A stretch of DNA of 64,000 nucleotides from Octopus sinensis (taxonomy: Eukaryota): contig NC_043006.1 in NCBI RefSeq assembly GCF_006345805.1, positions 3,968,001 to 4,032,000 of the forward strand, read 5' to 3'. The notes below the pieces were generated by a model. The model had not been told where the DNA came from. It saw only the letters and a program-made list of their open reading frames with translations, and ran no database searches. Of this stretch, positions 1-13,589 are shown in pieces (positions within the stretch are counted from its first letter, which is position 1; every line of letters starts with the position of its first letter). The position numbers and the translations under genes are program-made.

Positions 1-2750
1 CGATGTCTTGATGATCGTTTTCCAAAATCTCTAACCTCAGAGTCATTTCGATGCTGATCACTTCCCATCTGAAGCAAAATTTCCTATAAACTTGGACGAT
101 TATGCACTTCTGTTAAGAGTGCCGTTCACGTTTGCGGAAAGCTAAAGTTTTGGCACTTATTGAAGCGTCTTATTATTCAGTTCTTTAGTAGGTGTACACT
201 TTAGAATTGGCTGAGTTTGTCTAAAATCCCTGAAAATTGGCTTCGTTTATGATGTTAGTGTTAACTCAAAGATCTTGTAAGGTACAATCGAATGCCTTAT
301 ACTGTTAACTTGGCATGTTTCAGAACCTCTGCCTTTCCAAATTCTGTGCCAATATTTCATACAGGACTCACATTGTATGCAAGGCTGAATGACAGTTTGA
401 AAAAGATAATCATGTTTGAACAGTGCCATTGAATGTTAGCAAAAATGTAGCAATTCTAGATGAGACCAGACCACTGCAATAACAATATGGTTGTGTGAAC
501 AAACATTTACCAAAATTAAGGTTTATCAAAAAGCTTAGCCTGTTCAAACAGGAAAATGAAAGAAAACTATTTCTCCTCAGACATCGCAAATCATTTGATA
601 ATTGTGTTAACTTATTTCAATTTATCGTTGGTCATACTCTTCCAGCTGTTGAATGTCACAGCTGGTTGCCTGAAAAAACGTCTCGACTGAGAGCTGCAGC
701 TACAGTCTGTATTGCAGTAGACCGCCCATATTGTTCAAGTTCGTTGCCAGCCATGGCACGTATTGTCTGCAATGAAAACTCAAAAGTGCGGGGGTACACG
801 GTACAGATTGGTTCTAACAATTCACTGGATCTGTTGTGAATGTAACTAGGGGTTATTGTATCCCACCTTACCTTTCTTTAGAGTAAGTGAACTAGTTTTT
901 CGTTTGTTTTCTGGGGGTTTTTTCTCTCTCATTATAGCCACGTGTGATATCTTAACACTTGATCGTAAAGAAGATTTCTAGCAAAGCATCATCTTTGCAC
1001 AATTCAAAAACTACAACTAAAACAGTCGTAAATGTGTTTGATCTGCATTTTCAGTATTTTCGTTTCTTACGTGGAGTAAACTCTTTCGCCATTCGCTAAA
1101 TGGACCGCCAGATATGAAACACCTAGGAGGAGAAAATTCAGAATACGCCAAGCTGCCTCATTACTGCTGGAATAAAAAAACTCATCTTTTATGCTAATAG
1201 CACATAATGTCTGGCTTCCTTGCGCAGCAGTTCAACTCCGGCTTGGTTAATGTTTTTGCCGATGTACCACTTGATATACTTGGTAGATTAGACAGAAGAC
1301 AGGCTTTGGAACTTGCATAACTGTTGAAGACGTGAAAATGGAGAGAGGTGAAGGTTGATGTACCGTTAGATGTATTTGGTAGTTTAGACAGCGTGACAGG
1401 CTCTAGCATTTGTAAGAACGTTGAAAATGCGCAAAGATTTCTTCCTACATGCTGTCAATGATAATGGCGTCGAGTTGTATTCTGAAAGAGGTAGTGTAAG
1501 CTCTATCACTTAAGTTTATTTTCATGTACAATGGACAACCACCGTGATATGTCTGACTTGCTGAAAAGAGCTAGGATATTTCTGTGTATATTTTCTTGCT
1601 TTCATGCAAGAAGAAATGAGTGTTGAAATGACAGCGGGGACCCGGGGTCATGTGCTTCGGCACCGATTTATGCAACAGTTTGGTTTTGATTTGAAACCGA
1701 TGATGTAATCTAATCGGCTTACTCAAATCTTATCTGTAAGTCAGGATCAAAAACGGATACGGTGCAATCCAGATTTCTACTTTTGAATGGAGTAGATGTA
1801 ACACGACTATTTGCAATTGCCAAAGACAGTATCTTTCATGGTGAGACTCATTCTTGAAATGACCTTCTGTGCAACACTCTCGTGGAGAAATCATGTTCGT
1901 ATTGGCCCATCTGACTAAACATAAGTTCTTCAGTAATTTCTGGACATTTACGATTTCAGCTGAGAGTGAGAATTAAATCAGGTCTGCCATAGATACAACA
2001 GCCAGTCATGATATCTTGTGTGTACACACGCATGTAACTTTGACTGCCTGTAAGCAAAGACAACAGGGTAACCAATTGCCTCACACGGGTAAAATGACCA
2101 TAATTTACAACATTTCTAAGATAATCCTAATCATAAACTCTTAATCTGCTCCATTTTGTTCTGAGGTAGCACATTCACTCAGACTTAATCTTAACGTACA
2201 TGTCAGTAGTGAATTGGTGAAAAAGGTGGCCATATCTAATGCGAATGTCGGATTGTCTGACCGTAATTCTGGGGTCATCGAACTCATTAGAAAACAGTGT
2301 TTCCTCATCGAGACTTTGGTGTTCTCAGAGATAACCATCTTCACTTTTTCAAAATATAAGAGGTTACTACAATGCTTCGTATGCCTCATTAATTTTAGAT
2401 ATGTAAATTAATTTGCCGCCTTCGTTTTCAAGGATGGCGCCTAGTTTATTAAATCCTATTCTAGAAATAAGAACACTCACCTCCAAATCAAGAGAAGCAT
2501 TAAGATGTCGTTCAAGCTATTAGAGTTCTGTTAGCATAGATATTTACTTTCCAGTATGGCTGTGTTAGCTGATCCAGAGCGGTGTGAAAATTATTCAAGT
2601 AATTATTAAGAGCATTTCCTAAAGGTCTAGAATAATTCTTTCTCTGACAGTTGGAATATTTCTGCAGCGTCGCACATCCTGCTGTCTCATATCTTCCATG
2701 GAATGAATCTCAAGTTTTTAATGAACAACTAAAGTTTCTCTTCACTATCA
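1..2750 (-). mobile_element. Decayed autonomous Helitron Rep/PIF1-helicase coding region (pseudogene, runs off the window start)
   Basis: Manual minus-strand translation gives, in order and broken by stops/frameshifts: INEAYEAL..PLIF..SEDGY (~2330-2400), LFHQFTTDMYVKIKSE (~2170-2230), GSQSYMRVYTQDIMT..YGRPDL..L..N.KCPEITEELM (~1920-2050), SSNEAAWRILNF...LAVHLANGERVY (~1080-1180), then helicase motifs LVSSRIATFLL, NIGTEFGKAEVLKHAKL and AFDCTLQDL (~260-480). These match Helitron Rep and PIF1 motifs. Confidence 0.9.
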
Positions 2751-2821
2751 CACATACACACACACTTACATAAACATACACACACATACATGCACACATG
2801 CATACGCTTTCTTAGACAACA

Positions 2822-2892
<71 letters not shown>

Positions 2893-2954
2893 ATTGTCGT
2901 TTTAGTAAATGAATAAATAAATTGAAATAACAATAGATTGACATAATTGACATA

Positions 2955-3165
2955 GGCGTAGGAGTGGCTGTGTGGTAAGTAGCTTGCTTACGAACTACAT
3001 GGTTCCGGGTTCAGTCCCACTGCGTGGCACCTTAGGCACGGGCTATAGAATAAGTACTAGGCTTACAAAGAATAAATCCTGGGTCGATTTGTACGACTAA
3101 AGGCGATGCTCCAGCATGGCCGCAGTCAAATGACTGAAACGAATAAATGGAAAAGAAAAAAAAGA
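2955..3165 (+). mobile_element. tRNA-derived SINE, family B (internally deleted copy)
   Basis: Head GGCGTAGGAGTGGCTGTGTGGTAAG...GGTTCAGTCCC and tail GCTCCAGCATGGCCGCAGTCAAATGACTGAAAC are shared with the fuller copy at 34341-34735; the middle is missing. Confidence 0.8.
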
Positions 3166-3210
3166 ATATAATGTCTAAAAGTTTTCTTATTGCTCTCTCT
3201 CTCTTTCTCT

Positions 3211-3283
<73 letters not shown>

Positions 3284-3349
3284 TGGAGCATGGTGGTTAT
3301 TACACTCATTTTAAAAATAAATTACAGAAAAGTTATCATTTACTTGTGA

Positions 3350-3762
3350 TCTTTTACTTGTTTCGGTCATTGACCTGCGTCTATGCGGAGGAATCACTTT
3401 GAAAGATTTTACATGAACAAATCGACGCCAGTAACTATTTTCTTTAACGTCTGGTATTTTTTCTATCGTTCTCTTTTGCCGAACCGCTAGGTTACAAGTA
3501 CATAAACAAACCAATACTTGTTGTCAAACGGTGGAGGGACAGACGTAAATATAATGACATGCACTCACACATACACAAACATGCACATGCAGACACACAC
3601 AGATATATGCATGCACACACACACACACAAACACACCTATATGTACATAGATTCTTGCAGCTTCTGTTTAACAAATCTAGTCATAAGTCTTTGGTCGATC
3701 TAGGACAATAGTAGAAGACATTTGTTGAAGGTGCCGCGCAATGGCACTGAAACCGGAACCAA
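3350..3762 (-). mobile_element. tRNA-derived SINE, family B (diverged)
   Basis: Reverse-complement similarity to the 34341-34735 copy, with an expanded internal CA microsatellite. Confidence 0.7.
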
Positions 3763-4419
3763 CAATGGGAAGTAAGAACTGGTAAAAGTACAAAAAATAT
3801 AATAACAAGAAACTAGAATTTATAAAAAAGAAACTTTGATACTTCTATAGAAATGGGCAAAAAGAAAGCACCACCGAATGGTAAGACCTCTCCTCAACAT
3901 TAAAAGTTAACTATCATACTTTTTTTTAACAATGTTGTATCAAATGAGACCATTTGAAAGCAGATCAAAAGCATAGAAGAATGGTTAGCATTTTTATAAT
4001 TTCCTTTCATAGCTAGGTTTCTAATGTTTACATTTATTTCTGCCCTTCTGCTTCATGCTCTGTTGTGGATACGTAAAATGATTTTTGTTCAAATTATGAC
4101 GAGCCATCAAAAGCACAAATAGAGAAACTGAGCTCCCGAATACGGTAATAAATTGGGTTGCGTCTTCTTTATATTTAATTGAAGATTCTATGCCATTGAA
4201 CCGAGACCGAAATCGGGTACGTCATCTCTGAGGAGTGATCAACAATTGTTAAACACTCAGCCAAAAGAAATCCCCACTTTTTTTTCTGGACATCGAAAGC
4301 GTTGAAGGGATACGTTTACAAGTTTGCAATGCCTTTTCGCAGCTAAGCTTTCTAATATATAAATATATTTTAGCCTTTCTAAATCAGATACACACACACA
4401 TACACACACACACACAGAC

Positions 4420-4468
<49 letters not shown>

Positions 4469-4937
4469 CAGAGAGAGGGGGGTTTACAGACAGGCAGATA
4501 GATAGTTGTATGTTTGTATGTCTATTTATGTATATAAAATATATATATATTTTAAGTGCATATGTGTGTGTGTGTGAGTCGGTGTGTGAGTGTGCGTGTT
4601 TATACCTGTGAGTATGTGTAATGTGTGTGTATGTGTTGGTGTGAATAAGGGAGAGAGACAGAGAAGAAGAGAATGAAACGAAAATGAGTTTTTGCTGTCC
4701 AGATGCGTGTCACTGGTCATTATTTGGCCAGTGACACGTATCTGGACAACAAAAGAGGGTACATTAAACAACGGACAAGAGAAAATCTTGATTTATTGTA
4801 ATTATCTCCACAGCCATAAACGTGTTCTGTTGTGCTTTGCATAAGCCTAGGTGTTGCCCCTGCTGGGGCTAAGGTGGCTCTACTGATGGCGTTTATAGAA
4901 TTTATTACGTACGTTCAGACATACACACATGCACAAA

Positions 4938-4949
4938 GATAGATAGATA

Positions 4950-5003
<54 letters not shown>

Positions 5004-5140
5004 GGATGGATGGATAGATAGATAGATAGATAGATGGATGGATAGATAGATAGATAGATAGATAGATAGGTAGATAGATAGATAAATAGATAGATGGATG
5101 GATAGATAGATAGATAGATAGGTAGATAGATGGATGGATG

Positions 5141-5210
<70 letters not shown>

Positions 5211-5307
5211 CAGACAAACAGACTGACAGATAGAAATACATACATACATACATACATAGACAGACAGACGGACAGACAGACAGATAGATAGATAGATAGA
5301 GAGATAA

Positions 5308-5348
<41 letters not shown>
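4938..5348. repeat. Compound microsatellite (GATA)n/(GGAT)n/(CATA)n/(GA)n
   Basis: Directly visible; it is the source of the YLSI-repeat ORFs. Confidence 0.95.
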
Positions 5349-5353
<5 letters not shown>

Positions 5354-5926
5354 GCGCACATACATATATGCATGTAACATTTTGAAAATGAAGATCCCGA
5401 TTTGTATTGTGTATACAAATTATGTAAATGTGAGACAATCAAAGAATAAATTATTGTCTACCTTCCATATTTCTTGAATCGATTATTTTTCCAAAATGAT
5501 TTTTAAATGAGAAATTTTAATAACTACAGTGTTTGCCGACATAATGTGTATATATAGTCGTCTAGGAGAGATGAGTTACAAAGTGTTTGCGTTGTGCGAG
5601 AGAGTGATAACGGATTACTGTACGGCAGAGAGAAAGAGAATTCTGTTGAAGAGAAAGTAATTGAAGGGAAATTAGAGGAGAAACCGACAACGTTTCTGTA
5701 TATCCCGCTAACACTCTTACTCTGTTAACATTTCATCACAACTATCAGTGTTATAACATTTGTTTGTTTCGTCGTTCTGTTTCGTGGTAATTTAGTTAAC
5801 CCCAAAGGGATCTGGACCGAGCTCTAGTCTTTATGCGTGATTCTTGAATGATTTTGGATTCATGTGCAAATTCTAAAAAAAAAAACCGTTGTGAAACGTC
5901 GACGCTCAAATACATATATTTCTTCT

Positions 5927-5959
<33 letters not shown>

Positions 5960-6103
5960 TTTATGTACATTTGTGTGTCCTCGCACGTCCATAGATATAA
6001 GCTTAGATATAAAATACATATACATATACGCGTGGAAGCGTATATATTTGTGCGTTTGCAAGTGTAGATATACGCATAAATATAAAACCTATATGCATAT
6101 ATG

Positions 6104-6166
<63 letters not shown>

Positions 6167-7211
6167 GTATATATATATATATGTAATATATATATATATA
6201 TGTTAATAAAATAGAATATATGCATATATATAAACATATATGTACGTACCTACCTCCCAATGTACATATACACGCATATATGTGTACAGACACCAAAAGA
6301 CGTCGAACACATAGAGAGACGAAACACATAGACACAAACCAAGGAACAAGACAAGCAAAAAAAGGAGAGATACAGGACAATAAGCACAACGAAAAATCCC
6401 CTTCTTCAGTCGCTAAGATTTCATCTACTAAACGTTTCGAAGGATAAAAGCGAGACGTATACTTCGAAGAAAAATTCCTTCCCGCGAAAAGCAAATCAAT
6501 TAAAATTCTGAGATCTTTTCGCAGAGGGGTAAAAAAAAAAAAAAAAAGCAAGACGGTAACGACAGTACAAACATATAAACAGTAAAAAATATATATATAA
6601 ACAGTGGAAAAATAAATATATAACAGTGAGAGACAGGACAAGGAGAACAAGATAAGAAGGGCTGTTAACGCCAGACGAAAAAAGTATTGCAAACCGCTGG
6701 ATTATCGTGGAAGACGAGAGAGGGAAAATTTGTCGACCAGAAGCCTTACAAGGCGGGCGAGAAAAGACAGGATAGCAGTTACGACGGAAGTATCGTCGCA
6801 GATGGATGACGGGAATGGGGGGAGGAGCAAGAGGAAGAGAGAGAAGAAGGGGAATGGTGTGAGGAGACCATGAAGAATGGTGAAAGGGAGAGAGAGAATG
6901 AACAATGAGAGAGAGAGGAAGAGACAAGTTATATATATATATATATATGCGTACATATATATAAATATTCATGCATTCATATATATACATATACATACAT
7001 ATAAATATATATGAATATATGTGTATGTATTTGTATGTATGTCTGTATGTATGTATATGCTTTTTCAATAACACGCACATAAATAACTCACATATTGTGT
7101 GTGTGTGTGTGTGTGTGTGTGTCTATGGGGAACAGCTTTTTTCTGTAGCATACGAGTACATACGTCTATGTACAAATATGTACATATATTCCCACATGTA
7201 CACATACGCTC

Positions 7212-7252
<41 letters not shown>

Positions 7253-7483
7253 CTCAAACATGAATCAACACTGCACATGTAATTTAGTTGGACGCTAAAT
7301 TTTATTTCTTCCATTTGTAATTTTAATTGCTTTGTTTCTTTGATCTTTGCCGCATATGGTTATAATAAACTATTTGGCAATTCGCAAGCTGGTGGTGGAG
7401 GTAAGAGGGTAGTAACAGTGGTGGTGGTCGTACCGGTATGACTGTCAACTCGTTGCAGCAGCGGTGGTAGTTTAGTTATTAAT

Positions 7484-7612
7484 GTTAGTGGTGATGGAGG
7501 TGCTGGTAGTGGTACTGGTGGTATTGGTGGTGGTTGTCGTTGTAGTCATGGTGGTGGTGATGGTGGTGGTGGTGGTAGTGGTGGTGGTGGTGGTGGTGCT
7601 ACTGATGATGAT

Positions 7613-7643
<31 letters not shown>

Positions 7644-7720
7644 AGGGTGCTGATGATGGTCGTGTTGACGGTGATGGTACTATTAGAGGTGTAGTGGCAG
7701 CGATGGTGGTGGTGGTGGTG
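7484..7720. repeat. Compound trinucleotide repeat (GTG)n/(GAT)n/(GAG)n
   Basis: Directly visible. Confidence 0.9.
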
Positions 7721-8477
7721 GTAATTATACTGATAATTGTAATAGTAAAACCGATAGCGAGGCAGTAATAGTGATGATGATGGTAGTGGTGGCGGCGGAG
7801 GTGTCGGCGATAGAAATTGTTGGTAATTTTTAAAGAATTACGACTTTGTGCAGACGTTAAATAATGGTTGCATTGTATAGTGAAACTAGTTGACCATGAG
7901 TACGAGATGTTCCGCCAGATGTGACACTGACGCGTGATCGAAGGCGTTTTCACCGTGACCCTCCCGTTTTCTATCTTTCAGTGTATTATTCAATGTCCCT
8001 TTCATTTTTTCTTTGTTTGTTTATATATTTATCTCACCTGCCGGGCTTAATTTGTGTCGTAATTCTTGTTGAGGTCCTGCCTCGGTTATGGATCAAACAA
8101 CAGAAGATGGTCATGTGGTCAAGGAATACAGAACTAGGAGGAGAGCTAGACCCTGGACAAGTGTCACACAGGCCGAGCGGTATTGGCATGCTCTGATGTC
8201 ACGTGAATCAGCCCCTCTTTTTAAAGGTTAAATGAAGTCTTGTGTCTCATGAGGAAGCTCGGGAGAGCTGAGAATAAAGTGTGATGAAACCAACAGGCAA
8301 AAAGGGAACCGCCGCTGTTTTTTCCCCTAAAGAAAAATATCGATCTCCACACTTTGTCAAAGCACAAGGTTGCGTGTAGAGAAGGTGGGGTCTGGCGGTC
8401 CAAGATCGTTAATGCTTCTCGAACCTCAAAGATTTTTTGCACTCCATTCCATCTCTACTTGTGTCTTATATAATCTT

Positions 8478-8850
8478 TCTACTATAAGAGCAAGGTATGA
8501 AAGTTTCTGGGAGGGACTAGTCGATTACATCAATTCCAGTGCTTGACTGGCACTTATCAACCCCGAAAGGATAAAAGGGAAAGTTAACTTCGGCGGAACT
8601 TGAACTCAGAACGTAAATACAAACGAAGTGCCACAAAGACATTTTGTCCGTCGCGGTAACGTTTCTGCCAGCTCATCACCTTATTAGTGTATTTTGTAAT
8701 GTCTTTTCTACTATAGGCTCCAGGCCTGAAATCTGGAGGAGGGTTAGGGTTAAATCAATTCCAGTGCGTAACTGGTACTTAATTTATCGACCCCGAAAGG
8801 ATGAAAGGTAAAGTCGATTTCTGCGGAATTTAAACTCAGAATGCCGCCTT
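8478..8850 (-). mobile_element. Two adjacent diverged copies of tRNA-derived SINE family A
   Basis: Both contain CCCCGAAAGGAT.AAAGG.AAAGT and TGAACTCAGAA, the reverse complement of the family A body seen at 41550-41780. Confidence 0.75.
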
Positions 8851-9707
8851 CAACTGTAAATATATCAACGGGATCAAAGGCGATATGAACCGTATCGGGA
8901 TTTGAACTCAGAACCATTGTTCTCACCAACTTTTTGTTTTTTTTTCCTGTGGCTGTATGCAGAAATTAAGTTTGTTTCTGTGCAAATTTCCTCCTTCTTT
9001 GCTGAATACGTCCGCATATATTAGAATACCCATCGCTCAAAGTTCTTCAATTATAAAAAATCTCGGATTTCAACTTGAAAACCTTGTGAGCGCGCTTTGT
9101 TTTTTTAATTATTTATATATTTATTTTGTTTTTGCTTCTCGTTTGTTTTTGTGTTTTTGTTATTATCGTTTTTATTTTTGTTTTTCTTTTCGAGCTATGA
9201 AACATATGCGCGCTTGTGCGTGCGCACAGCTTAAACGTAACACCGCTTAGAACGCAAAACAGAAAAAGAAAAAACAATGTAATTAGATTTCTGAAGGCAT
9301 TTTGTTCGGAAACACATTTGCTCGGCATTGCATTTGGTCCGGTAAGCGCAAGACTAAATACGAAGCATTTACTCCGGCAAGAGAGATTCCTGGCAAAGCA
9401 TCTATTCCGGACCTAGTACTTGCCAGTTTCTGCCATTTTAGACCAGTCTTCCATCATCTAAGAATTTTTAAAATCCTCTTCCTGGATGCACAATCTTATA
9501 TGGTTGCTGTAACTGGACGGTTTACGTCCAAATTGCATTACGTGTGCGTCACTTGTTTATAGCTAAGTGAGAGAGGCTATACTGGACTATTTGAAAGCTC
9601 CCCCTCTCTCTCTCACACACACACTCTCTTCCTCTCTTTTTCTCTCTCTCTTCATATATATCTATATATACATATATATATAGAGAGAGAGAGGGAGGGA
9701 GAGAGGG

Positions 9708-9761
<54 letters not shown>

Positions 9762-10027
9762 GTTTCTTTATTCGCCACACAGGGCTGCACACAGATGGGA
9801 CAAATTACAAGGTAGAGCTTTTCTTTTGTGGGATGAAATAAAATTTAATAAAAACCCAGAAGAACAAAAAAAAGTGGCGTAGGTTTTCGATCAAAAGGGA
9901 TCGTAAAAGGGGGGAAAAGAAAAAAAAAGAAAAGAAAAGAAAGGAAAAAAAGGAAAAGAAAAATAAAGGAAGAAAAAAGAGGAAAAAAGGGGGAGAGGAA
10001 AAAAAACGAAGATAGATGGATAGATAT

Positions 10028-10203
10028 ACAATTGCAGTGTGGAAGGCGTTTATAAGCCATTTAAGAAACACAAAAACAGTTCGATTCACTTCAACATTTA
10101 AATTTAATTTGCCAAAATATTTTAAATTTAAATGCTGAAGTGAATCTAACGGTTTTTGTATGTTTCTTAGATGGCTTATAAACACCTTCCACGCTGCAAT
10201 TGT
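10028..10203. repeat. Fold-back palindrome with ~80-bp arms
   Basis: ACAATTGCAGTGTGGAAGGCGTTTATAAGCCAT... at 10028 matches the reverse complement of ...ATGGCTTATAAACACCTTCCACGCTGCAATTGT ending at 10203, with a few mismatches and a short spacer. Confidence 0.9.
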
Positions 10204-10253
10204 TTTCATTCCAGCATACGATCTCAGATCAGGTCACTTACTAGGCAAGTACA

Positions 10254-10310
<57 letters not shown>

Positions 10311-11064
10311 GACATCCACACACACACACACGCGCGCGTTCTCTCTGGGTAAAAATAAATCCAACAAGTATAGCCACGGTTGGAACGTCTCTGATCCCAG
10401 ATGTGCTCAAAAAACACCGACGATCAAAGACAGTCATCTAACAAGCGAAAAAAAATAAATAACAAACATTCTTTATCCAGAGAGACATTTCAGCTGTTGT
10501 TTCTAGCAGGATGAAGACTAGGTGGAGGCGCTCACGTCGCCTGGTCAAATTGTCTCTCGTTAAAGCAGCTGTTGCTAGAAATCAATTAGCAAACACCATT
10601 GTAAACCGTCTGTCAACTGCTGTGACCTCTTAATGTTTCCACAAGTGTGACTTGGTCGGTGACGGCATCGTCGTCGTCGTCGTCGTCATGGTCTACAACA
10701 GCCCACCCGCAACAGGGTACACTTAGCTTATATCTGGGTATATGAAGTCGGCTTTATGGATATGATTTATGTATCGTGTAGGTGGTGGTGGTGGTGGTGG
10801 TTGTGGTGGATTTGGTGGTTTCGGGTGGCAGTCGGGGGAGTAGTGAAGAGGAAGAAATATGGCGGAGGAGGAGGAAGAGGGGAGGGTGGGTTCATTGGCA
10901 ATATCGCTCCTGCTCGGAATATTTGCCTTTCCTCCTTTTCCTTGTGTGTGTCTGCAAGTGCTCATGGAATCACGCACACACACACACACACATACACACA
11001 CAGACACATACACACACACATACATACATACATACACACACACATACATACATACATACATACA

Positions 11065-11100
<36 letters not shown>

Positions 11101-11259
11101 TACAGATATATGTATGTGTATATGGGTGTGTGAGTGTGTGTGTGTGTGTGTGTGTGAGTGTGTGTGTGTGTTTGTACACATGAAGAGGGTAATGAACACT
11201 AAAAGAAAACAGAGGAGAGACAAACAAGTTTTAACAAATGTATTACTTTTATGCTTGAC

Positions 11260-11312
<53 letters not shown>

Positions 11313-12134
11313 TGTATGTATGTATGTATGTATAGGTACATACACACATATATATATACACACACACGCATGTAGGTATGCGTGTATATATGTGTGTGTG
11401 TGTAAGTGTGTACATATATATGTAAGTAGACATGTATATGTGTATGTACGTATGTTTATACGTATGTGCGTATGTATATAACACTCCCACTGACACACAC
11501 TCCAATATAAGTGTATCCTCTTCTCTTACTGGTTTCTATTTTGCTCGACTGCCGCCATGTTGGAGCACCTCCATGAAGTAATTTTTTATTGTTGAAAATT
11601 GATCCCTGGAAATCGATGTCTGACGGATTTTAATGCCAGTTGATAGCCTCTGAGCGTAATCTCGTATATTTGACCATCCTGGTTTTCCAGTTAAGAAGAT
11701 GTACAGGTTTTCTCTGATGTTATTATATAATTGCCTTTTATATTTCATATTTATTTAGGTAGGCAGTTAGCCATCTAGGGCCCTGTCAATTTTGGTTTGC
11801 TGCGATAAACTGTCCTTACTAGCGATTGGAAAAGGGGTTTAGCAATAACTACATTTCGGGCATCACCGTTTTCAATGGTGCCGAAACTTGGGGAAAAGAT
11901 TTTCCAGGGTCTTCCAAATATAAACAGAAATACTTCACTTTGTCTCTCTCTTGTTTTTTCTACCTTTTTCTTTCTTTCACTTTCCTTCTGTCTTCCTCTT
12001 TCCTTCTCTCTCCTCTATTTCTTTCAAGGGAATAAAGATTCAGATCTTTGTGACGTTTCCAGCAATTAAAGATTTTAACTGAAGTTGTTTTACTGGCGGA
12101 CGTGTGTGTGTGTGAGTGAGAGAGAGAAGGGGTC

Positions 12135-12177
<43 letters not shown>

Positions 12178-12179
12178 TC

Positions 12180-12645
12180 ACCTTGCGCAGCAATACACTG
12201 GTTCCTGCGTTCCTGCTACTTTTGGAATCCAGTCTGGAAGTCACTTTCCGTGCGTCGATGACCTTTTGCAATTCGCTCTGGATCTCGACAACGGTGTTAA
12301 AACAGCAACCATTGAGCTGCCTTTTCATCTTGGGGAAGAGAGGAAAGTCCGCAGGTGCCAAATCTGGTGAATAGGACAGGTGCGGAAGCGATACCATGTT
12401 GTTTTGGGGGCAGAAACTCACGAGTGAGGAGAGTTTGGTGAAGAATCTAATTCTTCGCATTCCACAGATCCGGTCCCTTTTCGCCGAATGTCTTCCCTAA
12501 AACACTTCAAAACGTCGCGGTAAAACTCTCGATTGACGGCCTGGCCTTGGAAGACGAATTTTCGATGCACAACACCCTATTGGCGGTGGTGGCGCTCGTG
12601 GCGGGTCTTCCAGGTCGTTCATTGTCTTCCAGGGACGTTCTTGCG
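12180..12645 (-). mobile_element. Internally deleted mariner transposase remnant
   Basis: Minus strand reads TSLEDNERPGRP (N-terminal region) joined to GVVHRKFVFQGQAVNREFYRDVLK and PHLSYSPDLAPADFPLFPKMK (YSPDLAP motif). Confidence 0.85.
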
Positions 12646-12789
12646 TACTACCCAATCTTTGTCCTCGGAATAATTCATTAGATTAATTGAAAATACCTGT
12701 GATTTTATGTCAGATAGTGTGATGAATAATAATATTAGTAGCCTTAGCAACATACCTTGAAGTACAGGTGACAGAGTACAGTTAGCAGG

Positions 12790-13579
12790 ACCTGTGTCTG
12801 AATGTGTCAGAGTGCTGTCTTCTGCCTGTTGGCTCTCCTCCTGCAACTCAACTTGATTTCGAGCCGGGTCGTCTGCTGCTGGAGAGGACCGATCAGGTAA
12901 AGGACCTGGGTATCTTGGTGGATTCCTCCTTTTCGCCTTCGGTCCAGTGCGTCCATGCTGCCAACAAAGCACGCGGAATTCTGTTTTTGATTCGACGGTC
13001 ATTCGGAATGCTCACAGCAGCCATATTCCTACCGCTCTATGTCACGCTGGTGAGACCCATATTGGAGTACGGGATTCAAGCCTCTTCTTCTTATCTCCTC
13101 AAAGACATACAGCATCTAGAAAGAGTCCAGAAGCTGGCTACCCGCATGGTTCATGGTCTCAAAAATTTGTCCTATGAAGAAAGGCTGAGGACGCTCAACC
13201 TTTATTCTCTAGAAAAACGCCGTGGTGATCTCATTCTCGCCCACAACATCATAAGCGGAAAGTGTAACCTCTCGAAAGAGCTGTTCTTCACTCCTGCTCC
13301 AGAGCGTCGGCTGCGGGGTCATTCCGAAAAGCTCTACCTGCGACGATTTCATCTCAATCGAAGGAGAGGAGCTTTCTCCGTCCGGGTTGCGGATCCGTGG
13401 AACAAGCTGCCAGACGAGATGGTGAAGATGCCGACGACCGCTTTGTTCAAAGCCACCCTTGACCTCAAGTGGCCTGAACTCTTTACATGAACACCACCCT
13501 GTACTTAACTCCATGTCCCCCTACATGGCCTTGCTATTTGCTTTTGAGCCAAATTAACTAACTAACTAACTAACTAACT
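12790..13579 (+). mobile_element. 5'-truncated CR1-clade LINE: uninterrupted ORF2 C-terminus, short 3' UTR and (TAAC)n tail
   Basis: ORF 12804-13490 contains KDLGILVDSSFSPSVQC, LYVTLVRPILEYG, LERVQKLATRMV..LKNLSYEERL and LRGH...FSVRVADPWNKLP, typical of CR1 RT C-termini; (TAAC)n tail at ~13555-13579. Confidence 0.9.
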
Positions 13580-13589
13580 TTATCCGGAT

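Noticed and set aside
6290-6500. GAAACGT...CTGAAGAAGGGG on the minus strand as a type II hammerhead
   Set aside because: Stem I does not pair convincingly and stem II depends on two GU pairs; treated as an unclassified repeat.
8030-8460. Non-repetitive stretch with short ORFs and a minus-strand CAG|GTGAG donor near 8037
   Set aside because: Stops in most frames, no recognisable protein motif, no clear acceptor.
9300-9470. Minus-strand TGGAAGACT (miR-7-like 5' end) and a GGTCCGG/CCGGACC inverted pair
   Set aside because: Only 9 nt match miR-7, the rest diverges, and no continuous pre-miRNA stem forms.
11551-11561. GCCGCCATGTT YY1-like motif as a promoter or translation start
   Set aside because: Single short motif; the minus-strand ATG is followed by a stop within a few codons.
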